Shown: positions 1 to 9,940, counted from the stretch's first letter. The stretch: DNA of 64,000 nucleotides from an uncultured Planctomycetaceae bacterium (GCA_963790585.1 CAWBOY010000004.1:108423-172422), one strand, 5' to 3'. Notes: generated by a model from the letters alone, not told the origin. A program made the numbers and translations.

Positions 1-144
1 AGAGGCACAGAGAGACTCGCGCCAGCCCTCGTCCTAGAAAGCGGCATCGTAGCATTGAGACCCTCCTGATTCGATGGAACGGCGACGTATAACGATGACG
101 GCGCGCAACAGCAAGAGAAGAATACGCACGACACGAGAGAACGT

Positions 145-891
145 TTGGAATGGAGTAGCCCGAAAGATCCCGATCACATACGCTCAAATGCAAGGGCCGG
201 GGCGTTGCGCAACTTGTACGGGGCCGATTTCATGGCCGATCAGCCGACCTACGCCGAGCAGGATTATCTCAAGGCGATTCATGGCCTCGGCGGCGTGGCG
301 CGTCAGGTGACGCCGGTCGAGATCGCGACGCGCCTGGGCGTCCGGGCTCCCTCCGTTACCGGGATGCTCAAACGCCTGGCCGAGGCAAGCTGGGTCAATT
401 ATGAGCCGGGCTACGGCGCGCAGCTGACGGCGACGGGAGTCAGCGAAGCCCGCCGCGTCATTCGGCGCCATCGGCTGGTGGAAGTGTTGCTGACCCGTCT
501 CGGCCTCGATTGGAGCGAGGTCGACGCCGAAGCCGAAGCTCTCGAACACGCCATCTCGCCACGCCTGGAACAAGCGCTCGCCGCCTTTCTAGGCGAGCCG
601 CCGGAAGATCCCCACGGCCATCCCATTCCGACGTCCGAGGGGGCCCTCGCCGAGCGCAAACTGCAACCGCTCGGCACTTTCGAGGCGGGCCAATCGATCA
701 TCATCCGCGAAGTGCAAGACGACAGCCCCGAACGCCTTCGTCGCTGGCGAGAGCTCGGCTTATTGCCGGGCGCGTGCGTCCAGATCGTGAGCTATCAGCC
801 GTTAGATGATATGTATCTATTGAAGATCGGTGATGCGACTATCCCGATGGGGAGCGAAGGGTTGGCGGGGTTAGCGGGGGAGGTCGTGTGA
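145..891 (+). CDS. DtxR/MntR-family metal-dependent transcriptional repressor with a C-terminal FeoA-like domain. The likely true start is the ATG at 232 (MADQPTYAEQDYLKA...).
   Basis: The helix-turn-helix plus metal-binding region (DYLKAIHGL...VTPVEIATRLGVRAPSVTGMLKRL...RRHRLVEVLL) and the SH3-like C-terminus are typical of the DtxR/IdeR family. Confidence 0.8.
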   Translation: MEWSSPKDPDHIRSNARAGALRNLYGADFMADQPTYAEQDYLKAIHGLGGVARQVTPVEIATRLGVRAPSVTGMLKRLAEASWVNYEPGYGAQLTATGVSEARRVIRRHRLVEVLLTRLGLDWSEVDAEAEALEHAISPRLEQALAAFLGEPPEDPHGHPIPTSEGALAERKLQPLGTFEAGQSIIIREVQDDSPERLRRWRELGLLPGACVQIVSYQPLDDMYLLKIGDATIPMGSEGLAGLAGEVV

Positions 892-919
892 CCGCCCCGT
901 TTAGCCGCAATATCGTTCG

Positions 920-1882
920 TCATTCCTTCAAAAATGCTTCGACGGTCTCATGCCACTCTTTGGGTTGTTTGGCCAAATACTCCTCGTGCCCCATTCCCTG
1001 AAAAATGTGCAACGTCTTCTTACCGGCGAGGTTGGCGTAGATCTCTTGCGCGTGCAGGAGCAGCACGCGGTCGTCCTTGTCGCCCTGCATCAGCAGGACC
1101 GGGCAGCGCACCGCGCGGGCATACTCGACGGGGTTATGCGCCGCGCCGTTGAAGTCATTTTGCACGCCGCCCCAGAAGACCAGCAGATGTGCCAGCGGAT
1201 AAAGCGGCACGCCGAGGATGCGCATGCGCATGCCGACGGCCGTGATCAGGCGGTCGAAGGGGCATTCTAAGATCACGCGATCGACCTCGACCTGTTGCAC
1301 TGCCAGAGCGCGTAGCACGGCCACTGCGCCCATAGACACTCCGTAAAGGATTATTTTCCGATCGGGGCAGCGCTCGCGGACATAGGCGACGCACTTGGCG
1401 ACATCCTCCGATTCGTGGTAGCCGATGGTAGTGGCGTCGCCGTCGGAGCCGCCGCTGCCGGGAAAATCGACCAGGAAACCGGAGTAGCCAAGCGCGAACA
1501 AGGCCTTGGCCTCGGGAAGGTGTTCCGCCTTGCAGCCGCCATAGCCGTGGAAGAAGAGCACCACGCCCGCGGGGTCGTCGTGCGGGATATACCAGGCCTC
1601 GAGCTTGCCGCGCCGGCCGTCGATCTTGAGAGTTTCGAACGGCAGTGTTACCGCGGCGGGATCGATGATATTCTTGGCCCGGGGAAGCAGATTGCCACGT
1701 AAAACACCGCCGATGCGCTGCCAATAGGAATGCGGTACGGAATGCTCGGCAGCGGGCACGAAATGCGTCAAGTAGTAAGCGAAGCGATACGCCAGCACGT
1801 TCAGGACAACAAAGAAAACAAGGAAAGTCAGGAAGAGAGTCATCCGTGGTCGACGACGTGCCCTGAGAAAGAGGTTTCGCAT
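920..1882 (-). CDS. Alpha/beta-fold hydrolase (dienelactone hydrolase / S9 peptidase-like) with an N-terminal transmembrane segment.
   Basis: It has a GVSMG nucleophile elbow (GxSxG), an HGYGG motif and a hydrophobic N-terminus. Confidence 0.7.
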   Translation of the reverse strand: MRNLFLRARRRPRMTLFLTFLVFFVVLNVLAYRFAYYLTHFVPAAEHSVPHSYWQRIGGVLRGNLLPRAKNIIDPAAVTLPFETLKIDGRRGKLEAWYIPHDDPAGVVLFFHGYGGCKAEHLPEAKALFALGYSGFLVDFPGSGGSDGDATTIGYHESEDVAKCVAYVRERCPDRKIILYGVSMGAVAVLRALAVQQVEVDRVILECPFDRLITAVGMRMRILGVPLYPLAHLLVFWGGVQNDFNGAAHNPVEYARAVRCPVLLMQGDKDDRVLLLHAQEIYANLAGKKTLHIFQGMGHEEYLAKQPKEWHETVEAFLKE

Positions 1883-1994
1883 CCTGAAGGATCCCGAGTG
1901 CGACCCCGGACTGAGAGCCGGGGTAACTCGGTCAGTATACGTGAAACGGGACGGCTAGGAGAGCCGTCCCGCGAAATGCGACGATCGCCGAGAA

Positions 1995-3350
1995 TCAAAA
2001 ATCGATTTCGAGTCCGAGATTGACGGTCTGTCCCCACATGTCTGTTCGGGTGGTCGAATAAAACGGATGATTAGAGCCGGCAGGCGAGGTGCCGACTGGG
2101 GGAAGCAGGTTTGTGTTTACCGTGAAATCGACCTGGTCGGCGGCGCGGGCAACGCGTTCGAGGTAGAAGAGCGAATAGCCGAGCTTGGCTTTGACGTTGG
2201 AGGAGATGCGCCAGCTGGCATCGAGGCCTAGCTCGGGCATGGTTGCCCATTCGCCCTGCTTGTGGTTGCCGATATTGCTTTGCAGGGCATAGAGGCCGCC
2301 GTTGGCGACCAGCGGCGTGGTACCCGGCACGGAGGTTGTGGTGCTTCCGGCGATGTTTACGTCGCGATCGATGCCGCCCACGGCAATCTTACCCAGGATG
2401 CCGAGGGTCAAGTCTCCCATGCAATACTGCGTGCGTACGCCCAGGTCCAGGCCGTTGAAATAATTGTGCGTGACGAAGTCGTCCTGACTGGTGATCTGCG
2501 TGCCCGGCACGAAGGCTGTGCCTGTCGGCGACAAACTCTGATGGATACGGAGACCTTCGTTGTAGTTGTAAAAGCGATAGCCAATCAATGTATCGAGCCG
2601 GAAGCCACTGTTGTTCACGAGCGTTTCCGCTAGGTCGATATGGGTTTCGTAGAAATTCCCTGAACTTACTCGGCTATCGATTTCGCCGCTCGAGCTGCCC
2701 GGGAACGCGACCACCTGAGCCTGGCGCAAGCCGGTGGCGGCATCGATGTAGGGCCGAGCCAAAATGGTGGAACCGTCCGACGCGGCGGAAAAGACGCTCG
2801 ATTGGCTCTCGAGCATGGTGAATCCAGCCTCGATGCTATAGACGTGATCGGCTGTCAGCCAGGCGCCGGCGCCGAAACGGAGGCCGGAGCGGATATCTTC
2901 ATTGACGATATTTCCACCATTAAGGACGCTGCTGCCGGGCGAATACAAAATACCGGCCGACGACAGCGGCGTACCCGCCCGGCTGGTCGTTACCAACGGC
3001 TGGACATTGTCGCCGCGCAACAAGCCGAGGAGATAATCGGTCGTGACCCAATAATTGCCGCCGGGAGCTTCTTCAGCCATGGTGACGGAATGCGGGATAG
3101 CGGCCGTGTCGGTCAGCGCCGGCGGCGGCATGGGAGGCACGGCTACCGGTGCTTGAGCGAAGGTCGATCCGACAGAGATCAACCCCGTGCCGAGGGCTAA
3201 GATCATTCGCTTGAGCATGGCTTCATGTCCCCATCGACGATAACGAGTCCATTCGCGCTCAGCCCTCAGCGTGAGGGGTGTGCGTGCAATCCGCGCCTCG
3301 TGTAGGGAATCTATCGGTAAGGAGGGGTGCCGGACTTTCCTATTTGACAC
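1995..3350 (-). CDS. Putative outer-membrane beta-barrel protein with a signal peptide and a C-terminal Phe.
   Basis: There is a signal peptide (MLKRMILALGTGLISVGSTFAQAP). The alternating amphipathic strands and the terminal ...LGLEIDF motif are typical of outer-membrane proteins. Confidence 0.5.
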   Translation of the reverse strand: MSNRKVRHPSLPIDSLHEARIARTPLTLRAEREWTRYRRWGHEAMLKRMILALGTGLISVGSTFAQAPVAVPPMPPPALTDTAAIPHSVTMAEEAPGGNYWVTTDYLLGLLRGDNVQPLVTTSRAGTPLSSAGILYSPGSSVLNGGNIVNEDIRSGLRFGAGAWLTADHVYSIEAGFTMLESQSSVFSAASDGSTILARPYIDAATGLRQAQVVAFPGSSSGEIDSRVSSGNFYETHIDLAETLVNNSGFRLDTLIGYRFYNYNEGLRIHQSLSPTGTAFVPGTQITSQDDFVTHNYFNGLDLGVRTQYCMGDLTLGILGKIAVGGIDRDVNIAGSTTTSVPGTTPLVANGGLYALQSNIGNHKQGEWATMPELGLDASWRISSNVKAKLGYSLFYLERVARAADQVDFTVNTNLLPPVGTSPAGSNHPFYSTTRTDMWGQTVNLGLEIDF

Positions 3351-3394
3351 GCAAAGTGGGAAATGACGGTTTTGCGGGTCCTTTTATAGCCCCC

Positions 3395-3540
3395 GGCTTG
3401 CCGAGGGGTAAACGAAAAACCCTCGGTAAACCGGGGGCTGTAGGGAAAGCCCCCGGCAAGCCGGGGGCTGTAGGGAAAGCCCCCGGCAAGCCGGGGGCTG
3501 TAGGGAAAGCCCCCGGCAAGCCGGGGGCTATTTAAAAGAC
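3395..3540. repeat. Tandem array of four to five 30-bp hairpin units (GCCCCCGG-CAAG-CCGGGGGC plus TGTAGGGAAA), preceded by a degenerate longer hairpin.
   Basis: The direct tandem repeats are visible in the sequence and each unit is a perfect 8-bp stem-loop. There are no spacers, so this is not a CRISPR array. Confidence 0.75.
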
Positions 3541-3542
3541 GT

Positions 3543-6230
3543 TTACGACAGCGTGACCGCACTGCTCGTCACCGGCGAACCAACCACGCCTCCTTCGGCG
3601 GGCGTCCCGGTAACGGTGATCTTGTCTCCCGTAACGACGCCTGGGACCTTTGTCAGGTCAAGCGTCGTGGCCGTCTGACCGGCGATGGCTGTGCCGTTCC
3701 GATTCCATTGGTAGGTGAATGTCGCCGGGTCGGAGCTTGTCGGCAATGCCGTCAGCGTGGTCGTTGTCGTCGCGGTGGTCGGCGTGATATTCAGCGCCGT
3801 TAGCGTCGGCGGGTTGAGTGTGATCGGCGAGGTGGTCTTGATGATCGCCGCGTTGCTGGTGAAGGCCGTTCCAGTGATCGTACCGTCACTCGGCGTTACC
3901 TGGACCGTGAACTTGTCGCCCGCGGCGACCCCCGAGAGCGCGGTCAAGTCGAGAAGGGGCGACGTCGAGCCCTGAATCGCGGTGCCATTCTGCGACCACT
4001 GATAGGTATAAGTTACCGTGTTACCTAGGGTGTCGGTTGACGTCGGCGTAGCCGTGAGCGTCTTCGTGTTCGTCGCGTTGTCCGGGGCTATGGAAACGAA
4101 CGTCACGGCCGGGCCTGGGATCGTTACAGAGCTGCTCGTCACGGCGGTTCCGGTAAGCGAACCAAACGCTGGCGTGACTGTAACGGTGATCATGTCTCCG
4201 TTACTCACACCGCCGACCTTGCTCAAGTCCAGCGTTTTGCCGGTCTGGCCGCTGATCGCCGTACCGTTGCGCTTCCATTGGTAGGTAAAGGTCGCCGGGT
4301 CGGTGCTGGAGACGTTTGCAGTAAGCACCGTCGTCGTGGTAGGCGACGTCGGCGTGATGGTGACCGATGTGACCGTCGGAGTGTCGAGCGTGGCCGAGGT
4401 TATCGTCGTCGCGCCCGCCGACGTCGGCACGACGCTACTGATCGTCACCGGTTCGCTGGTGAAGGTCGATCCCGTGAGCGTGCCGTCGTTCGGCGTGACG
4501 GTGATGGTGAACTTATCGCCGGCCTTGACGCTGCTCAGCTTCGTCAAATCGAGCGTGGCCGCTGTCGCGTTGGGGATGGCGACACCGTTTTGGTACCACT
4601 GATTGGACGTGGTCACTGTGCTGCCTTGCGGATCTTGCGTCGTGAAGCTTGCCGTCAGAACCTTGGTGGCTGTCGCGCTATCCGCTCCGATCGTGACATT
4701 CGTGACGGACGGCGGTTGCGGGGCGTTGACGGTCACGTTGAACGTCGTCTCGACGGTGGCTCCATAACGATCGGTCGCCTCGACAGTGATGGCGGCACTT
4801 CCGGTCTTACCTGCGCCATAAACGAGCGTCAGGTTTTCATTCGTGACCGACGTCGACACCAAGCTCGGGTTGGTGTTGTTGACCACTGAATAGGTCAAGT
4901 ATTCATCGCGCCGATCGGTCGTGATGCTATTGATGACGAGATAATTACTTGCGCTCGTATCTGACGGGAAGTTTGTTCCCGTATAGTTCGTGAGCGGGAG
5001 GTCACTGAGATCGACGCTTGGCAAGGTTGCAGCGACCGAGCTACTGCTTTCATTTTTCACGGTCGTGGTAGCCAGCGTGTTTAGCGTCGCTTGGTCAGTC
5101 GGGGTCGCGACCTGACCGAAGACAGTGAACTTTTGCGCATCCAGGTTAGCCGAGTTATTCGCCAAATTGAAGAAGAACTGATCCGTGCCACTGTTCGGGT
5201 CGGAGGGACTTCCCGAAAGAGCAAATGCCAGAGTGCCTGTCGTATTGGAAACGCCAAACTCGCCTTGGATCGCTGGGTTGGTGGTTATCGGATTTAGCGT
5301 TGTGCCAGAGGAGTTCGTACCGAGGGTCGCGCCTCCACCCTGCAATACGAAGCCGGAGACAAGACGGCTAAAGATCGCATTATTATACTTACCGGAGTTT
5401 ACATAGTCGAAGAAGTTCGCCACCGCAATTGGGGTTGCCGTGTCGAACAACGTCACCGTGAGCGGATGCCCTGGGATATTAAACGTTACTTCACTGTTAG
5501 TAATATCGGGATCCGTGAAGTTGTTTGTCAGATTAATCACGGTGGGTGACGCGTTTTCAGCGACCACGACATTCGCGATCGGCTTAGCGACGACCGGAGC
5601 GCTGTTGGGCCGATAATTCGCCAAGGCTATGCCGCTGCCCGGAGTGTTGCCGATCGTCGTCGCGAAGCTTGAAGGGGTTGTCGTCGTCAAGAATTGCCGC
5701 AGCGAAATCGCGGTTGGAGCTAGGCCGAGATAGCCGAAGTTCTGCGTTGTGCTTTGGTTGCTAGTGACGCTGATGCCGGAAACAACCTTAATGCCCGAGC
5801 CGGACGCATTGAGATCGGACAAGCTCGCGCTGCCGCCGAGCAAGCCCGGCACAGGAGCGATGCCGACCTGATAGCTGCCAGGCAGGACATTTTCGAAGGC
5901 AAACGAGCCATTCGCGGCTGTGATCGCGGTCGTCTTGACGGCTGTGCCTTGTGTCGTCGACCCGGTCAAGGTCACCGCGATCCCAGGCAAGGTCGCCTCG
6001 CCCGGATCTAGCTTGCCATTATCGTTGTGATCGACGAAGGCCACGCCGCTGATAAGGCCCGATGCGTTCGCCGAGAGAAGCGAGCGAGTCTCCAGCGCTT
6101 CGAGATTGAGCATCGTCCGCGACGAGCGCTGGCTGGCGACGTTGGAACGCAGTTTTCGCAGCATATTCCATATCTTCATCGGCGTCTCTCGTATGGCATG
6201 GGATGGCTCTGGATTCAACCAGTATAGCAT
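3543..6230 (-). CDS. Giant secreted adhesin-like protein. It has an N-terminal LEALETRSLL motif, a Cna-B/SdrD-like domain, an embedded cyclophilin-type PPIase domain, and five to six tandem Thr/Ser-rich repeats of about 90 aa.
   Basis: The segment NFFDYVNSGKYNNAIFSRLVSGFVLQGGG...QFFFNL...KFTVFGQV matches PpiB-type cyclophilin. The internal repeats (...WYQNGVAI...LDLTKLSSVKAGDKFTITVTPNDGTLTG...) are visible at both DNA and protein level. Confidence 0.7.
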   Translation of the reverse strand: MLYWLNPEPSHAIRETPMKIWNMLRKLRSNVASQRSSRTMLNLEALETRSLLSANASGLISGVAFVDHNDNGKLDPGEATLPGIAVTLTGSTTQGTAVKTTAITAANGSFAFENVLPGSYQVGIAPVPGLLGGSASLSDLNASGSGIKVVSGISVTSNQSTTQNFGYLGLAPTAISLRQFLTTTTPSSFATTIGNTPGSGIALANYRPNSAPVVAKPIANVVVAENASPTVINLTNNFTDPDITNSEVTFNIPGHPLTVTLFDTATPIAVANFFDYVNSGKYNNAIFSRLVSGFVLQGGGATLGTNSSGTTLNPITTNPAIQGEFGVSNTTGTLAFALSGSPSDPNSGTDQFFFNLANNSANLDAQKFTVFGQVATPTDQATLNTLATTTVKNESSSSVAATLPSVDLSDLPLTNYTGTNFPSDTSASNYLVINSITTDRRDEYLTYSVVNNTNPSLVSTSVTNENLTLVYGAGKTGSAAITVEATDRYGATVETTFNVTVNAPQPPSVTNVTIGADSATATKVLTASFTTQDPQGSTVTTSNQWYQNGVAIPNATAATLDLTKLSSVKAGDKFTITVTPNDGTLTGSTFTSEPVTISSVVPTSAGATTITSATLDTPTVTSVTITPTSPTTTTVLTANVSSTDPATFTYQWKRNGTAISGQTGKTLDLSKVGGVSNGDMITVTVTPAFGSLTGTAVTSSSVTIPGPAVTFVSIAPDNATNTKTLTATPTSTDTLGNTVTYTYQWSQNGTAIQGSTSPLLDLTALSGVAAGDKFTVQVTPSDGTITGTAFTSNAAIIKTTSPITLNPPTLTALNITPTTATTTTTLTALPTSSDPATFTYQWNRNGTAIAGQTATTLDLTKVPGVVTGDKITVTGTPAEGGVVGSPVTSSAVTLS

Positions 6231-6339
6231 AACGGATTATCGGCTTGGAGCGTTTGTACTGTAAAGAGACAGTAAAGACAGAAGAGATCGCGGCTGCCGC
6301 GACACTGCCGGATAAGACGATTATGCGGATTGACGGGGC

Positions 6340-6455
6340 CGTCACACGCCCCTCGCCCCTTTCAGGGGAGGGGTTGGGGGTGAGGGGACAAAGTCTGCGG
6401 AAACTCGGTCCCCTCACCCCCAACCCCTCTCCCCTGAAAGGGGCGAGGGGGCTTA
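6340..6455. repeat. GC-rich nested palindromic element, family A (arms GGGGAGGGGTTGGGGGTGAGGGG / CCCCTCACCCCCAACCCCTCTCCCC). A second copy lies at 42120-42200.
   Basis: The two arms are reverse complements of about 40 bp each, separated by about 25 bp. ORF 6019..6423 is only a translation artefact of this element. Confidence 0.65.
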
Positions 6456-6463
6456 TTGATCTC

Positions 6464-7678
6464 TTACTTCTTCTCCGGCAGATAGTAGTAATCCACGAAC
6501 CCGATCATCATCTCTTCCCAGGTTTGGTCGCCCCAGGCTACCCAGCTCTTCGGGTTCGGATTGTTTGGATTACCGTCCGAGTTGTCGAAGTGGGCCTTGC
6601 ACTCGATGCGCGTGCCAGCAGGCAACTTGAGGTGATCCTTGAGGTTGTAGTTGGCCTGCCAGCCGAAATCGTAGCGTGGCACGGAAAGAAGCGTCTCGGT
6701 CTTGTCGTCCGGATAAACGATTCGGAACGAGAAATCCTTGCCGCGCAGATGCATGTGTGGAAACAAGCTAATCAGGACGGCGTCCTTGCTCCAGGTCGAA
6801 GCGGAGCGCGATTCGTAGTTACTCTCTCCCGGCGGGATGATGAGCAGGCGTTGCGCGATTGAGCGGGTGCGAACTTCATATTTCGGCGGCTCTTTGGACA
6901 GGATCAAACCAACTGAAGAGAGATCGTCTTGCTCGACGCCATTGGGCGTGTAGTGCATTTGGAATACGATCGTCGAACCTTTGGGGATCTTCTTGGCCAT
7001 GCCTTCGGGATAGACCGAACCGAGATCGCCGGGGGCCCAGGCGATCAAGAAGCCATCGCCGATGTCGTCGGCAGTGCGTTCGCGCTTCGGGCCGCCTTTG
7101 AGGTTGAATACATAGACGATGATATGGTGAACGACGGCCCGGTTGCCCGGCTTCGCTTCCGCCGCGCGCACCCACATATCGCTATCGAAGCCGGTCTCAG
7201 CCTGGAAATATTGGTATTTGATGCCATTCCGACCAGTTTTGGCCGGTACGGTGAACTTCTTGGGCATGGAGAAAACCACGTCGGGCTTCCCGATAGACCA
7301 CCCCTCTGTATACGACTTTGCGGGTGGAAGGTCTTTTATGTCTCCTTTAGGGCAACCCTGATCGATCCAGCCAAGCAACGCCTTACGGCTTTCTTCCGTC
7401 AGGCTGCGATCGTTGGCGAAGGTGCCATGCTTCGGGTCGGCGTGCCACGGCGGCATCCGCTTCTCGTCGACCACTTCGCGAATCATGCTCGACCACGACA
7501 GGGCGTCTTCGTAGGTGAGCAAAGGCATCGGCCCAATCTGGCCGGGACGATGACATTCCTGGCATTTGTTCTGCAGGATCCGGCTGACGTCTTTCGTGAA
7601 GGTGTAGGTGCCTTCGGTCTTCGGCGTCATGGCCCGTGAGATGAGGCAGCCGAGGACCGGCGTCGAGGCTTCGCTCAC
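6464..7678 (-). CDS. CXXCH (c-type heme) domain protein with a His-rich C-terminal domain (HHIIVYV...HMHLRGKD). It is probably the C-terminal part of a redoxin-cytochrome fusion gene that two frameshifts have split.
   Basis: It has a CQECH heme-binding motif. The ORF lacks a signal peptide of its own, whereas the upstream redoxin segment has one. The three segments sit in three different frames. Confidence 0.5.
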   Translation of the reverse strand: MSEASTPVLGCLISRAMTPKTEGTYTFTKDVSRILQNKCQECHRPGQIGPMPLLTYEDALSWSSMIREVVDEKRMPPWHADPKHGTFANDRSLTEESRKALLGWIDQGCPKGDIKDLPPAKSYTEGWSIGKPDVVFSMPKKFTVPAKTGRNGIKYQYFQAETGFDSDMWVRAAEAKPGNRAVVHHIIVYVFNLKGGPKRERTADDIGDGFLIAWAPGDLGSVYPEGMAKKIPKGSTIVFQMHYTPNGVEQDDLSSVGLILSKEPPKYEVRTRSIAQRLLIIPPGESNYESRSASTWSKDAVLISLFPHMHLRGKDFSFRIVYPDDKTETLLSVPRYDFGWQANYNLKDHLKLPAGTRIECKAHFDNSDGNPNNPNPKSWVAWGDQTWEEMMIGFVDYYYLPEKK

Positions 7679-8256
7679 GGCTTTCCCGGCGAGGACTTCG
7701 TCGATCGCCTTGGCAAGATCGTCGCGCGTCGGTGTGGAAGCGCTTGAAGTTGTAGCCCACCTGGTCGTCGATCCGCCCTTGATAAAGAACCGTACCTTCG
7801 GGACTGACGACGAACGCTTCCGGCGTGCGGCAGCGCGCCGAACTGATCGGCGACGACATTGCCAGAGTCCTTGAGCACCGGAAACGTCAGTCCATGTTCT
7901 TTGGCATGCGCCGCGATCTTGATCGGCGTGTCGTGGCTATTGCTGTTAATGCCGACGAAGACGACGTTTTCTTTGCTATATTTGGCGTTCAGCTCGACGA
8001 GCCGGGTCGTGTAGGCGTTATTGATCGGGCACTCGGTGCCGAGGAAGACGACGACCACGGCTCGGGGCTTTTTGAGTTCTTTCCAATCCCAACTCTTACC
8101 GTTGACCGCGTCGGTCAGCGCAAACGGCGCGACGACCCGCGCAGCTGACTTGGTCGACGTCGCTTTCGCTTCGGGCTTTTCCTTGGTCGGGTCATAATGG
8201 AAGGCAAATACGATGGCGGGCACAAGCAGCAATCCAAGCAGAGCGAAGCGTCGCAT
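7383..8256 (-). CDS. Thioredoxin-fold (AhpC/TSA/redoxin-like) secreted protein. Its domain is split by a frameshift near 7850: the N-terminal part is 7675..8256 and it continues in ORF 7383..7859.
   Basis: MRRFALLGLLLVPAIVFA is a signal peptide. VVVVFLGTECPINN...VFVGINS...FPVLKD continues in another frame as TPEAFVVSPEGTVLYQGRIDDQ, which is a canonical redoxin C-terminus. Confidence 0.6.
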
Positions 8257-8434
8257 CGGGGATTTCCTCGAAGGAGCAAGGGAACAAATCAAGTCGGCGG
8301 TCATTATACTGAATAGGAGAGGCGGCGGTTTCAAACGTCAAGAGAGTGTAACACCCCATTCATCACCGGCGCTCGCTTGTGTTATCATTATTTGGTGAGA
8401 TTTCGCAAATCGTCACTCGTGGCGGAGCAGCCGC

Positions 8435-9940
8435 ATGTCCGCAACTGTCACGCTCGAAATCATAGGCCGATCGGAGATCGTGCGTCGTTTCGTGTTCGAA
8501 GAGCGAACGACGATCCTCCTCGGCCGCGATGCCGACTGCCAGATTCGTTTTCCCAGGGACCGGGCCCATCAATCGGTGTCGCGGCATCATTGCCTGATCG
8601 ATATCAATCCTCCCGATGTCCGCGTCCGCGACCTCGGCAGCCGTAGCGGCACGCGCGTCAATGGCCGGCTCATCGGCAAACGCGACCGGGAATTGAGCGC
8701 CGAAGAAGCGGCCGAAATCCCCTTTGATGAACATGCCCTCTACGACGGCGATGAGATTCGGCTGGGCGCCATCCGGATCAAATTGGACATTAAAGAGCCT
8801 ATTTATTGCAATCATTGCTCTGGCGAGATTGCGCCAGATGAAAAGGATGCCTGCAAGCTGCCCAATGGCGTTTATCTCTGCATTGGCTGTCGCAGCCAAC
8901 CGGAGATGGATGCGTTCGCTTCGGAGCCAAAGGCCGAGCGCTGTCCGCGCTGTGGTCGATCTCGGACAGCGGATGATGCCAGCGGCGAGCTGTGTGAAGA
9001 ATGCCAGAGCGCGCCCGAAGAGGTGGCCCGACGCTTTCTGGCTCTCGCCAATCGCGGCGGGCCTGATTTGGCGGCCTTCCGAGGCTATCAAATCGTCACG
9101 GTCCTTGGCCACGTCGACCTGGGCTCAGCCATACAGGTCGTGCATGAGCGGTCGGAGGAATGGCGGGCGCTGAAGCTGATGGTGCCACAGGTCCCGTCTA
9201 CGAAAAAGCTGCGCGATCTCTTTCACGAACAAGCCGCGCTCATGAAAGTCCTGGATCATCCGCATATCGTCCGTCTCTACGACGTCGCCCGTTCGCACGG
9301 CACATTTTTTCTACTCCAGGACTACTGCGAAGGTGGCACGGTAGGAGAATTGCTCAAGCGCCGCGGCAAACTTCCGGACGAAATGGCCGTCCGCCTGATT
9401 CTTCAAGCTTTGGAAGGTCTCGAGTACGCCCATCGTGTGAAGTTGCCTACCGTGACATTGCCCGACGGCACGCAAACGGCCCCGCGCGGACTGGTCCATA
9501 GTGACATTAAGCCACAGAACCTCTTCCTGGAACGAATTGCCGCGAAGTATAGCGCGAAGATCGGCGATTATGGCCTGGCCAAGGCGTTCGACCTCGCCGG
9601 CTTGAGCGGCCTGTCGATGACCGGAACCATCACCGGAGCGCCGGCCTTCATGCCGCGCCAGCAGCTTCTCGACCACCGCAACCCAAAACCCGAAGTCGAC
9701 GTCTGGGCCCTGGCCGCGACTCTTTATTACATGCTAACAATGCAATATCCCAGGGAGTTTCGCAAAGGAGCCGATCCCTGGAAAGCCATTTTGCAGACTA
9801 ATCCGGTTTCCATCCTCGAACGCGACCCTAGTTTGGCGCGCCGACTAGGAAATGTGATCGATGAGGCGCTGATCGATAGCCCGGAGATACGATTCAAATC
9901 CGCGGCCGAGTTTCATGCGGCGCTCAAAGAGATGTTTTAG
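8435..9940 (+). CDS. Ser/Thr protein kinase with an N-terminal FHA domain and a central Cys4 zinc-ribbon cluster.
   Basis: The FHA core is GRDADCQIRF...SRHHCLI...VRDLGSRSGTRVNG. There are CNHC...CIGC and CPRC...CEEC pairs. Kinase motifs are ALKLM, HSDIKPQN (non-RD variant) and DYGLAK. Confidence 0.8.
   Translation: MSATVTLEIIGRSEIVRRFVFEERTTILLGRDADCQIRFPRDRAHQSVSRHHCLIDINPPDVRVRDLGSRSGTRVNGRLIGKRDRELSAEEAAEIPFDEHALYDGDEIRLGAIRIKLDIKEPIYCNHCSGEIAPDEKDACKLPNGVYLCIGCRSQPEMDAFASEPKAERCPRCGRSRTADDASGELCEECQSAPEEVARRFLALANRGGPDLAAFRGYQIVTVLGHVDLGSAIQVVHERSEEWRALKLMVPQVPSTKKLRDLFHEQAALMKVLDHPHIVRLYDVARSHGTFFLLQDYCEGGTVGELLKRRGKLPDEMAVRLILQALEGLEYAHRVKLPTVTLPDGTQTAPRGLVHSDIKPQNLFLERIAAKYSAKIGDYGLAKAFDLAGLSGLSMTGTITGAPAFMPRQQLLDHRNPKPEVDVWALAATLYYMLTMQYPREFRKGADPWKAILQTNPVSILERDPSLARRLGNVIDEALIDSPEIRFKSAAEFHAALKEMF

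Noticed and set aside
3395-3540. Possible CRISPR array, since it has about 30-bp repeats.
   Set aside because: The units are directly adjacent or nearly so and share identical inter-unit sequence. There are no unique spacers, and no cas genes are nearby.
6019-6423. An ORF encoding ...CPLTPNPSPERGEGR...
   Set aside because: The peptide is encoded by the family A palindromic repeat. The same DNA reads as an ORF on both strands (6245..6862), so it is a repeat artefact.
8363-9112. A 249-aa ORF on the minus strand overlapping the kinase gene. Similar antisense ORFs exist elsewhere, including 21919..22833, 15543..16076, 4278..4889, 42332..42892 and 43396..44052.
   Set aside because: They are antisense shadows of strongly supported genes and have no motifs.
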